This document shows, in pieces, positions 20,831-30,764 of a DNA stretch of 64,000 nucleotides (positions are counted from its first letter, which is position 1; each line of letters starts with the position of its first letter). The stretch lies in the NCBI GenBank assembly GCA_963664195.1, contig OY760907.1, forward strand, positions 2,624,001 to 2,688,000, read 5' to 3'. The position numbers were made by a program, and so were the translations under genes. The notes beneath the pieces were generated by a model that worked only from the letters and a program-made list of their open reading frames with translations, ran no database searches and was not told the origin of the DNA. This DNA comes from an uncultured candidate division Zixibacteria bacterium. GTDB lineage: Bacteria; Zixibacteria; MSB-5A5; GN15; FEB-12.

Positions 20831-21523
20831 CTACAACCGCAGGCCGACAGAAAGCGTCAGGAAATAGAGATTGCCCATGCGGGCACCGCTTACGTCAGTC
20901 AGACGTGCTTCCATGAACGGACTGACAGACTTGCCTTTCAGCGTAAGACCCGTTCCTGCTGAACCGTAGAAATCGTTTGTGGTGACTCTCGCACGCTCAC
21001 CGTACGGTGTGTCGTAGCTGCTCCACCTCGTCTGGGTGACCCCCCCGCCAAAAAGCAGGTAGAAGTTTCTTTCGGCTGTGGGGTCGATGTTGAATTTCAA
21101 ATCCATCCCGGCTGAGAGAAAAGTGAAGTTGGGACCAGAATCCAGACTTGACCCAAAGCGGTCGGCCTGAAGTCTTAGCATAAGCTCTATTTCGCCGCCG
21201 AGAGACAGACTGCGGGGGGCAAAGCCCAGTGCCAGTATGCCGCCAAAACCGGTATTGGCGCGGTCACCGAATGCCTCAACGGGGAGACGCACCCCTGCGG
21301 AGACATAAAACAGCAACCTCTTGACATGGCCGTTGGTCGATGTCAGAATGAACGGTTCTGGTTCGATAACTGCCGCCGAATCGTCTGCTGTGGATAGGGA
21401 GTCATTGACTGTGACTTCGGTTGAGTCGCCGTCCTGAGCATAGGAACTCACCGTCAGTAGGATGAACATGAGGATCGTCAGTGCTGCCGCGGCACTCCAT
21501 TGTCGCACGAGTTGGTCTCCCAT
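20831..21523 (-). CDS. Outer membrane beta-barrel protein
   Basis: Signal peptide, amphipathic strands, ends LSVGLRL. Confidence 0.65.
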   Translation of the reverse strand: MGDQLVRQWSAAAALTILMFILLTVSSYAQDGDSTEVTVNDSLSTADDSAAVIEPEPFILTSTNGHVKRLLFYVSAGVRLPVEAFGDRANTGFGGILALGFAPRSLSLGGEIELMLRLQADRFGSSLDSGPNFTFLSAGMDLKFNIDPTAERNFYLLFGGGVTQTRWSSYDTPYGERARVTTNDFYGSAGTGLTLKGKSVSPFMEARLTDVSGARMGNLYFLTLSVGLRL

Positions 21524-21583
21524 CGAAACAATTCCCCCAGAGAATACGCCAAATTTCGCCAAAAGGGAAGTGTTGGGGCAAAG

Positions 21584-21610
21584 AAAAAGCCGGGAATGTT
21601 ATTCCCGGCT
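21584..21610 (-). terminator. Intrinsic terminator
   Basis: agccgggaat-aac-attcccggct + T run on minus strand. Confidence 0.75.
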
Positions 21611-21635
21611 GTAAGTCCATGCGGTTCACGCAGTA

Positions 21636-22235
21636 CTAGAAGAACTTCACGCCCACTGTGATCGGGATAGATGCCTGTGAATCACCCTCGGTCGCGATAC
21701 TCAAGTACCGTCCCTGAAGGAAGAGGCTGAATCCTGGACCGCTCTTCAGTGTCACACCGCCGCCGACATTGAAGTAGAACTTCGTTTCACTGTCCGGCAT
21801 GGCGCTGGCGATGAACTCTCCGACTTCCTCCGGAACGCTGCCCTCGAAATCGCTCCAGCTCAGATGTGCCAGACCGATTCCGGCAATGAAGAACGGGACA
21901 ATCGGAGCCGCCGGCATGTCGAAACCAAGGCGTCCGTCAACACCAAACATCAGGTTTTTCTGGTCGCCGCCGGATATCCCAGGCAGATCGCCGAACTCGC
22001 TCTTGTGGGTGTTGTATTCCGCCTTGCCGATTACCTGAAGCATCGGGTTCACCTTGAAGCCGATACCGGCCATGAAGTGATACCCGGTTTTGTAATTGTC
22101 TTTCCACCCGTCAGGAGACTGCGGCAAGGTCAGGCCCAGTCCGCCGTACAGGCTGAACGGTGCGCTCGGTGTCTGGGCCGAAGCGCTCAAGGTGAGTGTA
22201 AGCAGTAGGGCAAGTGCCAGTGCTAGCTTTTTCAT
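21636..22235 (-). CDS. OmpA-like 8-stranded outer membrane beta-barrel
   Basis: Signal peptide ASA, PFFIAGIGL, C-terminal ITVGVKFF. Confidence 0.8.
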   Translation of the reverse strand: MKKLALALALLLTLTLSASAQTPSAPFSLYGGLGLTLPQSPDGWKDNYKTGYHFMAGIGFKVNPMLQVIGKAEYNTHKSEFGDLPGISGGDQKNLMFGVDGRLGFDMPAAPIVPFFIAGIGLAHLSWSDFEGSVPEEVGEFIASAMPDSETKFYFNVGGGVTLKSGPGFSLFLQGRYLSIATEGDSQASIPITVGVKFF

Positions 22236-22616
22236 GGGTCCTCCGTGTATGTGCTGTCTTACGTCTTGTATTCAGTGTATCGACCAGACTAATAGCTCTT
22301 TCAATGCTTTCAGGCAAGTTGAAACGACGGCAAGCCGCCGATCCCATTGTGAGGTTTTTCAATTACTCGGACTCACTTCCTGACAAGCAGGAAGGGTGGT
22401 CGGGGATATACCCGATAACTGCCTGCGTCAAGGCGATGTGCCCGGATCGTGCGTGTCGGCTATCTGCCTGCTGCACAATATGTTTTCTGTGCGGAAGGCG
22501 CTGTACTCGAAGGTCCATTTTGTGAACACATTCACTTGATTTCAGGTTCTCAATCTGTTATATAAATCTAATCGCAAATACTCTGTACAACTGTCAAATT
22601 TCTGGAGGCAAGATTA

Positions 22617-23807
22617 ATGGCTGAACGAGGTGACGCATATATAGTCTCGGCCTGTCGCACCGCTATCGGTGTGCTGCATAGTGGTCTGGGCAAGTTCACG
22701 GCTCCCCAATTGGGCGCTCTGGCAATCAAGGAAGCGGTCAAGCGCTCTGGTGTCGCACCGGCTGATATCGACGAAGTAATCATGGGTAATGTGGTGCAGG
22801 GCGGATGCGGACAGGCTCCGGCTCGTCAGGCCGCCATACACGGGGGAGTGCCGGCTGAAGTCCCGTGCATGACTATCAACAAGGTCTGTGGCTCCGGTCT
22901 CAAAGCTGTGATGCTCGCCGCACAGTCTATCCGTGCCGGTGACCAGAACGTAATCTTGGCCGGTGGCATGGAATCAATGTCCAATACTCCGTACGTCATT
23001 CGTGGTGCCAAGCAGGGAACCAAGTTCGGTCACGGCAAACTTGACGATATCATGATTTCCGACGGTCTTTGGGACAGCTTCAACAACGTCCACATGGGCA
23101 ACTGCGCGGAATACACGTGCAAAAAAGCCGATATCACTCGCGAGCAGCAGGACGAGTTTGCATACAACTCGCACATGAAGGCGATTGCGGCGATCAAGGC
23201 TGGAAAATTCGACAATGAAATCTTCCCCGTCGAAATTCCGCAGCGCAAGGGTGATCCGATCATCTTCAAGATAGATGAAAACCCGCGTGAGAACATCTCA
23301 ATTGAGAAGCTCGCCAAGCTGCGTCCGGCGTTTGACAAAGCAGGTTCGGTCACGGCCGGCAACGCTCCGGGTCTGAACGATGGCTCCTCGGCAGCAATGA
23401 TTGTCTCCGAGGCCTACATGAAAGAAAAGCGTCTGACTCCGCTGGCGAAGATTATCGACTACGCCGCCGCCGGTGCCGATCCGATGGATGTTTTCTTCAC
23501 GCCGATTTATGCTATCGAGAAGCTAATGAAGAAGATGAACGTTGATATCAATCACTGGGATCTGATTGAAGCTAACGAGGCCTTCTCCGCTCAGGCGCTT
23601 GCGGACGGCAAAGGTCTTGGCTGGGATTGGGACCGTGTGAACGTCAACGGCGGTGCGGTTGCCCTCGGTCATCCGATCGGTGCCTCCGGTACCCGCATCC
23701 TGACCACTCTGATCTACGCCCTGAAGGATCGGAATCTGAAGACCGGTTTGGCCACGCTGTGTCTTGGTGGCGGTAACGCTGTAGCGATGGCTATCGAACT
23801 GGCATAA
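22617..23807 (+). CDS. atoB: Acetyl-CoA C-acetyltransferase (bacterial thiolase)
   Basis: NKVCGSG, NEAF, GHPIGASG, CLGGG. Confidence 0.9.
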   Translation: MAERGDAYIVSACRTAIGVLHSGLGKFTAPQLGALAIKEAVKRSGVAPADIDEVIMGNVVQGGCGQAPARQAAIHGGVPAEVPCMTINKVCGSGLKAVMLAAQSIRAGDQNVILAGGMESMSNTPYVIRGAKQGTKFGHGKLDDIMISDGLWDSFNNVHMGNCAEYTCKKADITREQQDEFAYNSHMKAIAAIKAGKFDNEIFPVEIPQRKGDPIIFKIDENPRENISIEKLAKLRPAFDKAGSVTAGNAPGLNDGSSAAMIVSEAYMKEKRLTPLAKIIDYAAAGADPMDVFFTPIYAIEKLMKKMNVDINHWDLIEANEAFSAQALADGKGLGWDWDRVNVNGGAVALGHPIGASGTRILTTLIYALKDRNLKTGLATLCLGGGNAVAMAIELA

Positions 23808-23831
23808 CTGTTTCGCAGGAGATTTACGAAT

Positions 23832-24692
23832 ATGAAATTAGACGATATCAAAAAAGTATCAGTAATCGGCTGCGGCACGATGGGCAACGGTATCGCCCAG
23901 GTGTTCGCCACAAAGGGGTTCGACGTCACTTTGATTGACCTCGATCAGTCTTTCCTTGACCGCGCCATCAAGGGTATCACCAAATCCCTCGATCGCATGC
24001 TCAAGAAAGAGAAGATCACCGAGGATGACAAAAAGGCCGCTCTGGGTCACATCAAGACCTCGACGAGTCTCAAAGACGCCGGTGACTCCCAATTGGTCAT
24101 CGAGGCCGTCACGGAAAATCTCGACGTCAAGCTGAAGATTTTCGAGCAGCTCAAAGAGATCAGCAGTGATGACGCGATTCTGGCGTCGAACACTTCTTCG
24201 CTGCCGATCACGCAGTTGGCCACCGCTACCGGCAAGGCTGACAAGTTCATCGGTATGCACTTCATGAACCCGGTCCCGATGATGAAGCTGATCGAACTCA
24301 TCCGTGGCATGGCCACTTCCGACGAGACTTTTGAACTCATTACTGAACTGTCCAAGAAGCTGGGCAAAACGCCGGTCGAGGTCAACGACTTCCCGGGTTT
24401 CATTGCCAACCGCATTTTGATGCCGATGATCAACGAAGCTATCTACGCGCACATGGAAGGTGTCGGCACCTGCGAGGCGATTGACGAAGTCATGAAGCTT
24501 GGTATGGGCCACCCCATGGGGCCGTTTGTCCTGGCCGACTTCATCGGTTTGGATGTCTGCCTTGCGATTCTCGAAGTCATGCACGACGGTCTCGGCGATC
24601 CCAAGTACCGCCCGTGCCCGCTGCTGAAGAAGATGGTGCAGGCCGGTTACCTCGGTCGCAAATCCGGTAGAGGATTCTACGTTTACGACTAG
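23832..24692 (+). CDS. hbd: 3-hydroxybutyryl-CoA dehydrogenase
   Basis: [38 protein letters not shown]. Confidence 0.92.
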   Translation: MKLDDIKKVSVIGCGTMGNGIAQVFATKGFDVTLIDLDQSFLDRAIKGITKSLDRMLKKEKITEDDKKAALGHIKTSTSLKDAGDSQLVIEAVTENLDVKLKIFEQLKEISSDDAILASNTSSLPITQLATATGKADKFIGMHFMNPVPMMKLIELIRGMATSDETFELITELSKKLGKTPVEVNDFPGFIANRILMPMINEAIYAHMEGVGTCEAIDEVMKLGMGHPMGPFVLADFIGLDVCLAILEVMHDGLGDPKYRPCPLLKKMVQAGYLGRKSGRGFYVYD

Positions 24693-24712
24693 ATATGATT
24701 AAGGAGCATTAG

Positions 24713-25855
24713 ATGGATTTCAATCTGTCTGAAGAGGACCTTGAGCTGAAAGAGATGGCGCGTGAACTCGCTGAAAAGCGGATCATCCCGCGCGCGCTCG
24801 AAATGGATGAGAAGGGCGAGACGCCTCAGGATTTGATCGATGAGTGCGCCGAACTCGGATATTTCGGATTCACCGTTCCGGAGGAGTACGGCGGCCTTGG
24901 TATGGGCGCAACCACATTCATGGGCGTTCTCGAAGAGTTGTGCGGGGCGTGTGCCGGTTTCGGCATCATGCTCTCCGTACATAACTCGCTGACTTGCGAG
25001 ATTCTCAAACAGTTCGCCTCGGACGAACTGAAAAAGAAGTACCTTCCGGCCATGGCTGCGGGCGAGAAGATCGGTGCCTATTGTATCACCGAGCCGAACG
25101 CCGGGACCGACATAGCCGCGCTGTCGACCACAGCCGTGGACAAAGGGGATCACTACCTGCTCAACGGCACGAAAACTTTCGTGACCAACGGCGGGTTCGC
25201 AGGCGTGTATATCGTTTTCGCCAAGACGCAACCGGAGGAAGGCCGTAAAGGCATTTCAACGTTTGTGGTCGATCGCGACAGCGAGGGCCTCACGGTTGGT
25301 AAGCCGGAAGCCAAGTGCGGTATCAAAGCCTCCGACACCCGCGAGATCAGTCTCTCGGATGTCAAGGTGCCGAAGGAAAACCTGATCGGCAAGGAACGCG
25401 ACGGCTTTAAGCAGTGCGTTGTGATTCTAAACTCCGGTCGTATCGGCGTTTCCTTCCAGGCGATTGGTATTGCCCAGGCGGCTCTGAACGAAGCGATCAA
25501 GTACTCCAAGGAACGCGTCCAGTTCAATCAGCCGATTGCCAATTTCCAGGCGATTCAGTTCAAGATCGCCGAAATGGCGACCCGTATCGATGCCAGCCGT
25601 TTGATGGCGTATCGAGCGGCGATGATGAAAGACGCCGGGATACCGTGTCATCGCGAATCCTCGATGTCCAAGCTGTTCTGTACTCAGAGCGCCAATTACG
25701 TGTGTAACGAGGCGGTCCAGATTCACGGCGGCTACGGGTACATCAAGGAGTACGCGGTGGAACGGTATTTCCGCGACGCCCGCGTTACGGAACTGTACGA
25801 AGGTACATCGGAAGCGCAGAAGATGGTTATCTCACGCGATTTACTGAAGGACTAA
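24713..25855 (+). CDS. Acyl-CoA dehydrogenase
   Basis: TEPNAGTD, NGTKTFVTN, QIHGGYGY, YEGTSE. Confidence 0.92.
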   Translation: MDFNLSEEDLELKEMARELAEKRIIPRALEMDEKGETPQDLIDECAELGYFGFTVPEEYGGLGMGATTFMGVLEELCGACAGFGIMLSVHNSLTCEILKQFASDELKKKYLPAMAAGEKIGAYCITEPNAGTDIAALSTTAVDKGDHYLLNGTKTFVTNGGFAGVYIVFAKTQPEEGRKGISTFVVDRDSEGLTVGKPEAKCGIKASDTREISLSDVKVPKENLIGKERDGFKQCVVILNSGRIGVSFQAIGIAQAALNEAIKYSKERVQFNQPIANFQAIQFKIAEMATRIDASRLMAYRAAMMKDAGIPCHRESSMSKLFCTQSANYVCNEAVQIHGGYGYIKEYAVERYFRDARVTELYEGTSEAQKMVISRDLLKD

Positions 25856-25858
25856 CTC

Positions 25859-27004
25859 GTGCTGGAACAGAAACACCACGAATACCGCGAAAAGATACGG
25901 GCGTTTATGCTCGAGAAGATCGAACCGCTTGCGGCGACGATTGATCTCGAACAGCGTTTCCCCGAGGAACACATGAAGCCGTTGACGGAGATGGGATTGC
26001 TTTCCGCACTCATCCCCGAAGAGTACGGCGGTCAGCCGGTCGACACGGTGAGTTACATCATCGGCGTCGAGGAGGCCTCCCGTGTGTGCGGTTCCACCGG
26101 CATTACGCTGGCGGCGCACAACTCCCTCGGCACGTTCCCCGTATTGGCTTTCGGTACCGAAGAACAACGCCGGAAGTATCTCCCACGCGCTGCGGAGGGG
26201 GGACTGATGGCATTTGGTCTCACCGAACCTGACGCCGGTTCCGATGCTGGCGGCACGCGCACGATGGCGCTGAAGAACGGGGAAGACTGGGTAATCAACG
26301 GCAGCAAATGCTGGATCACCTCGGCCACCCGGGCTTTCTGCACGATCGCGAGCGCGCGCACGTCCGAAGATCCCAAGAACAAGGAAATCACCTGTTTCCT
26401 TCTTGAGAAGGATATGGAGGGTTATGCTGTTGGGAAGAAGGAAAACAAGCTCGGTCTCCGTGGTTCTGACACCGCTTTCCTTCATTTCGATGACCTGAAA
26501 GTCGATGACAACGCACGGCTGGGTGAAATCGGCGACGGTTTCAAACAGATGCTGATTACGCTCGACGGCGGTCGTATCAGTATCGGCGCAATGGCGCTCG
26601 GTCTGGGGCAGGGGGCGCTTGACTGCGCTCTGAAGTATGCGACCGACCGCGTGCAGTTCGGCAAACCGATCTCGTACAACCAGGGCATCCAGCACCGTCT
26701 GGCCGACATGGCCACGGAGCTTGAGGCGGCCCGACTGTTGATCTACGAAGCGGCTTTGCTGAAGGACGCCAAGAAACCGTTCAGCCGCCAGTCTGCGATG
26801 TGTAAACTGTTTGCGTCGGAGGTGGCTACACGCGCGGCAGCTTCGGCAATTACGGTGCTCGGCGCGGTTGGATATTTGACGGGCCCGCACCCGGTGGAAC
26901 GCATTTGGCGCGACGTCAAACTGTGTGAAATCGGCGAAGGTACTTCAGAGATTCAGCGCATGGTCATCGCGAGGGATTTATTGAAATCCATCAAGAACGT
27001 TTGA
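25859..27004 (+). CDS. Acyl-CoA dehydrogenase
   Basis: LTEPDAGSD, NGSKCWIT, LDGGRI, IGEGTSEIQR. Confidence 0.92.
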   Translation: MLEQKHHEYREKIRAFMLEKIEPLAATIDLEQRFPEEHMKPLTEMGLLSALIPEEYGGQPVDTVSYIIGVEEASRVCGSTGITLAAHNSLGTFPVLAFGTEEQRRKYLPRAAEGGLMAFGLTEPDAGSDAGGTRTMALKNGEDWVINGSKCWITSATRAFCTIASARTSEDPKNKEITCFLLEKDMEGYAVGKKENKLGLRGSDTAFLHFDDLKVDDNARLGEIGDGFKQMLITLDGGRISIGAMALGLGQGALDCALKYATDRVQFGKPISYNQGIQHRLADMATELEAARLLIYEAALLKDAKKPFSRQSAMCKLFASEVATRAAASAITVLGAVGYLTGPHPVERIWRDVKLCEIGEGTSEIQRMVIARDLLKSIKNV

Positions 27005-27034
27005 CGTAACGGTCGGACAGTTCTTGTGGGTCTT

Positions 27035-27061
27035 GTAGGTCGAAACCCCTGCGGTTTCGAC
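27035..27061 (+). repeat. GTAG-type REP
   Basis: gtaggtcgaaacc-cctgc-ggtttcgac. Confidence 0.75.
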
Positions 27062-27129
27062 AGTAGGTCGTGGTTCCGAGTTCCGCATATCATGCGGAGC
27101 GAGAAACCCGACATCTGAATTGACATTCC

Positions 27130-27165
27130 AACGCCCGCGGGCATCACAACCCGCGGGCGTTTTTT
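27130..27165 (+). terminator. Intrinsic terminator
   Basis: aacgcccgcggg..cccgcgggcgtt + T run. Confidence 0.8.
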
Positions 27166-27180
27166 GTCAGCGTGCTTGCG

Positions 27181-27254
27181 GTCTGGGTGGCCCCTTCAAA
27201 CTTGTTTGGAGGGGATTCAAGTCCGGCCCAAACAAGTTTGAGCCGGCCACCCGA
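27181..27254. repeat. ~70-bp palindromic MITE-like element, copy 2
   Basis: Near reverse complement of 4262-4335. Confidence 0.8.
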
Positions 27255-27274
27255 CGAAGTGTGCACCCTATAGG

Positions 27275-27330
27275 AATAAGTCATGCACCCAGACGAGTCT
27301 GTGAGCCTGTCGAAGCGTGGACCTTTTTCT
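27275..27330 (+). repeat. Forward GAGCYTGTCGAAG repeat with cagacgagtctg insert
   Basis: aataagtcatgc-acccagacgagtctg-tgagcctgtcgaagcgtggacctttttctc. Confidence 0.85.
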
Positions 27331-27413
27331 CTCGCCCCCCCTTGACAACCCAATCCTACCCACTACGTGCTGTCAGACGACCCCGTCTGACAGCAACTAA
27401 CGTCTGTACCGCC

Positions 27414-27442
27414 TTGACATCCCAACCCGAATAGTGTATCTT
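27414..27442 (+). promoter_or_regulatory. Putative sigma70 promoter
   Basis: ttgaca-N17-tatctt. Confidence 0.65.
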
Positions 27443-27530
27443 TATTGCAATCTTAGAGCATCACGCTCGACGCGAACGCGAGAGAAGGCTACGCAAAACA
27501 CACTCCTCTGGGGTGGAAGGGATGGGGAAT

Positions 27531-29312
27531 ATGTCCGACGACAAACTGCAAATCGGGATCTACAGGATTGACACAGATCTCGAATGCTTCGCTAACAGCA
27601 AGTCCCCCATTGCAGACCTATGCGGATCAGTTATTGATGAGGATAGCCGGTTCGTTCCGCAGAAGACAAAGACGCGTATCGCCCCCGGCTACAAAGTGGC
27701 TTTGCTCTATAAGCTGTCCCAGCAGACGCCCAGGTGGAAGTCCTTCCTGAGCAATGTGGTGCTTGGGGGACAAGATGTACTTGGCGAGGGACTGAGCAAG
27801 ACCGAAAGCTTTGTCCTCTTGCTCGCGCGCCTTGATTCGGGGAATCTGTACGCTGTGACGGGCGGCGTCGGGTATTTCGCAATACAAAATGTTATCGACG
27901 ACGATTTCGGTATGGACATAATCTCTCGCCTGATTAGGAAGGAAGAAAAGATACTGAAGGCGATAAAGGAGAAAAGTGTTATGGGAGGAGTGCTAGGAAC
28001 TACCAAGCACTTCCGCAAGTCGTACAATCTCTACGAGAATGACAGTTTTGGAAAGATCTACCAGGAACTGTGCGCCCGTCTGGATACAGACATCTTGGTA
28101 GATCGTTTTGGTTTCTCCGCGGTCGACATCAAAAGGAATGCGGCATGTGTGGCGAGATCTTCATTTCGGATCAATAGGGCGATTTCACTGGACGAACTCC
28201 TCAGAGTTATCGATGGCTGTGAGGAAGTAATGAGATCGCTTCCGCCAATATCAATCAATAACGTGGATAAGATCGTTAAGAAAAAGTACTCGAGTCTAAT
28301 AGAACAGTTGACAGATCACCTGTATGAGCAGTTGTGGGACAGGTACACAATGGATGCCGATAGCGTTGATTTTGACCTGTGCCACAAGGAGTTTGAACAA
28401 TACCTGACAGCCTCTCACTATGTGCTCAAGAAGAATCAGTCTGCAAAGAACTACTTCGGTGAATATGAGTTCGCCAGGTTGGAGGATATCGACACTCTAT
28501 TCGACAAGCTAAGAACTCAGAGTGAATCTCCTACGAGTCTTCCGGATTTTCGCAAGTTGATTGAATCTCTCAATATCGTCTCGTTTGACGAGGAGGGGGG
28601 CGAACGAACAAAGGGCAAGCTGTGTAATCATGTGTTTGGGGATATCTCCCTTGAAGACACCAAGTACTTTCTGATTGACAACAATTGGTATAGGATTAAG
28701 CAAGGATTCATGAGAGAGTTAGATCAGAGCTGCGAAGCCTTCATCAAAGAGAATACCCTGGATATTCTGGACAAGAGATGGCTCCGAGAGTCAATGACTG
28801 AGAATGACTATAATCGGCTCTACATCGGTGAAGGCAATACTGTTGTCCTGGATAGGATCACACCCAGCTACATTGAGCCATGTGACGTACTACAGTGGAA
28901 GTCGAATGATCTGTATCTGATTCATGTGAAGGACGGTTTCTGCAATACCATGAGAGATCTTTGCTCACAAATCTTCATCGCGGCCAATCGAATCAAGAAC
29001 GATGCCAATTCCTCTTACGAATACATTCAATCCATATGGGACGACCTGAGGCGCAAGAGAGAGAGTAATGATGAGTATTTTGCGGCTGTAGGGCGTCAGA
29101 CAGACTCAATATCAAGGGCCGACTTCGTCGACCTATTCAGGAGCAAGAAACTGATCTTCGTTCTGGCGGTCAGGGATAAGACGGATACCAATCGCTCGAT
29201 TCAGAGGATGGCGGATTACAGGTCCACAATTGCGAAATTTTCTCTTCAGGAACTGGTGAAAAGCATGAAGGCCATCGAAGCGAGTCTTCGTATAATGCAG
29301 ATTCGAGAGTAA
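27531..29312 (+). CDS. TIGR04141/DUF6119-like sporadically distributed protein
   Basis: PRWKSFL, YAVTGG.GY, DDDFG, ENDYN, IEPCD..LIHVK, LCSQ, AKFSL motifs. Confidence 0.7.
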   Translation: MSDDKLQIGIYRIDTDLECFANSKSPIADLCGSVIDEDSRFVPQKTKTRIAPGYKVALLYKLSQQTPRWKSFLSNVVLGGQDVLGEGLSKTESFVLLLARLDSGNLYAVTGGVGYFAIQNVIDDDFGMDIISRLIRKEEKILKAIKEKSVMGGVLGTTKHFRKSYNLYENDSFGKIYQELCARLDTDILVDRFGFSAVDIKRNAACVARSSFRINRAISLDELLRVIDGCEEVMRSLPPISINNVDKIVKKKYSSLIEQLTDHLYEQLWDRYTMDADSVDFDLCHKEFEQYLTASHYVLKKNQSAKNYFGEYEFARLEDIDTLFDKLRTQSESPTSLPDFRKLIESLNIVSFDEEGGERTKGKLCNHVFGDISLEDTKYFLIDNNWYRIKQGFMRELDQSCEAFIKENTLDILDKRWLRESMTENDYNRLYIGEGNTVVLDRITPSYIEPCDVLQWKSNDLYLIHVKDGFCNTMRDLCSQIFIAANRIKNDANSSYEYIQSIWDDLRRKRESNDEYFAAVGRQTDSISRADFVDLFRSKKLIFVLAVRDKTDTNRSIQRMADYRSTIAKFSLQELVKSMKAIEASLRIMQIRE

Positions 29313-29415
29313 TCTGCCCTGCTGACGCAAACCCGGTTCAAGCTTGCTTGGGCCGGGCCTGATCCCCATCATGGGGCACCGAGAATTATGAAGCTTGCGC
29401 TGTAGGAAACTGAAT

Positions 29416-29775
29416 ATGCGATCATCTATGCGACTACTATCTGTGCTGTGTTTGCTGGCGATGCTCCTAGGGGGCTGCCTCTGGATCGGTGGCGAACGTT
29501 TCCCCGACGAAGTGAAGCCCCAGTCCACAGAGGGCTTGACGAGTGAAGAACTCCGATTGAAGGCGATCGCGCTGGCCGACAGTCTCATTGTGGCCGGTGG
29601 GTACTACGACCTGAGTGAGCATCGAAAGGAGATCGTCGAGGACAGCGTTTCCATCGTAGTCGAATATGTTCCAGTTCGCGAGGAGAGAGAAGGTTTTGTG
29701 ACTACCGGCGGCGGGTGCATGTATCGAATATCGAAGAAAGACCTGACGATAATCGAATCCTGGCGCTACCAGTGA
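29416..29775 (+). CDS. Hypothetical lipoprotein
   Basis: Lipobox LGG-C. Confidence 0.6.
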   Translation: MRSSMRLLSVLCLLAMLLGGCLWIGGERFPDEVKPQSTEGLTSEELRLKAIALADSLIVAGGYYDLSEHRKEIVEDSVSIVVEYVPVREEREGFVTTGGGCMYRISKKDLTIIESWRYQ

Positions 29776-29830
29776 GCGGTGCAGACTCATGTCTGCCGCC
29801 CACGGAGATTCGCCGTTCTTTCGAATGCAG

Positions 29831-29916
29831 GTAGGTCAAGCGGCCTGTCCGCTTGACGCCCTTCGACAGTCCAGCGTCCTTTGTGAAGTGTCAAGCCGGC
29901 AGGCGGCTTGACCTAC
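29831..29916. repeat. GTAG-type REP inverted doublet
   Basis: gtaggtcaagcgg..ccgcttgac and gtcaagccg..cggcttgacctac. Confidence 0.8.
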
Positions 29917-29960
29917 GTTAGCATGTTCGCCTCAGCATTCACGATCAATACGAATCCGCT

Positions 29961-30003
29961 GCGCACACTTCGACAGGCTCACAGACTCGTCTGTCAGGGT
30001 GAC
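29961..30003 (-). repeat. Reverse GAGCYTGTCGAAG repeat with cagacgagtctg insert
   Basis: Reverse complement gtcaccc-tgacagacgagtctg-tgagcctgtcgaagtgtgcgc. Confidence 0.85.
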
Positions 30004-30014
30004 GGATTCGGGCC

Positions 30015-30527
30015 CTACTCCCCCAACACCTCCTTCACAAACTCATCCTTCGCGGCTGTGTAGGATTCGCGGTCATTCGGGAACTCCGTGCGGAGTCGCG
30101 CTTTCAAGTCGGCGTATCTCCGCCGAATGTCGGGGTTGGCTCGGAGCAGGTCGCGGAAACGAAGATAGTTGCGCCATTGAGGATCGTCGCGTTCAACGAC
30201 GTGCAGATGAATCGTCCGAACGTCCGGCGATGACTCCCGTACCAGCAGCCAACCGCCCTCATCGCCGCCGTCACCTCGATCAATATAGCCGATGCCCGTC
30301 AAGCGGGGGAGAAGCTCCGCAATCGCTTCCGTGCGGTCGAGGGCGATGACGATATCCAGGATCGGTTTGGCGGGCAGGTCCGGCACCGCAGTGCTCCCGA
30401 CATGCTGGACGTCGTCGATCATATCACCGACGGCTCGTCGCAACTCCTCACACGCCTCCGCGCCGAGCGTCAGCCATTCGGGGTCGTGTTCGACAATTCG
30501 TACGGTGTGTCGTTTGAGTCCGATCAT
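30015..30527 (-). CDS. GrpB family protein
   Basis: HVGSTAVP, AKPILDI, HLH, FRDLL, YTAAK. Confidence 0.85.
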   Translation of the reverse strand: MIGLKRHTVRIVEHDPEWLTLGAEACEELRRAVGDMIDDVQHVGSTAVPDLPAKPILDIVIALDRTEAIAELLPRLTGIGYIDRGDGGDEGGWLLVRESSPDVRTIHLHVVERDDPQWRNYLRFRDLLRANPDIRRRYADLKARLRTEFPNDRESYTAAKDEFVKEVLGE

Positions 30528-30539
30528 AACTCAGTTGCA

Positions 30540-30739
30540 TCGATAGGTTGGCGGTGACAGGGGCAGACGGGGGCGCCGACTCGTCGGGTTTCTGCCGCCC
30601 ACGGAATCATGGGTTCTGTTCAGTCGATAGGTTGGCGGTGAAAGGGGCAGACGGGGGCGTCTGCCGCCTACGGAAATCTTCAATATCGAATCCTGTGGAT
30701 TCGATCCTTCCGGCAGGTCTGAAGACAGACCTGCCCTAC
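30540..30739. repeat. Direct repeat plus two reverse GTAG-type REPs
   Basis: tcgataggttggcggtga.aggggcagacgggggcg twice; ggcagacg..cgtctgccgcctac; ggcaggtctg..cagacctgccctac. Confidence 0.75.
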
Positions 30740-30764
30740 GAAGAACACTATCGTTGGGACTGAC

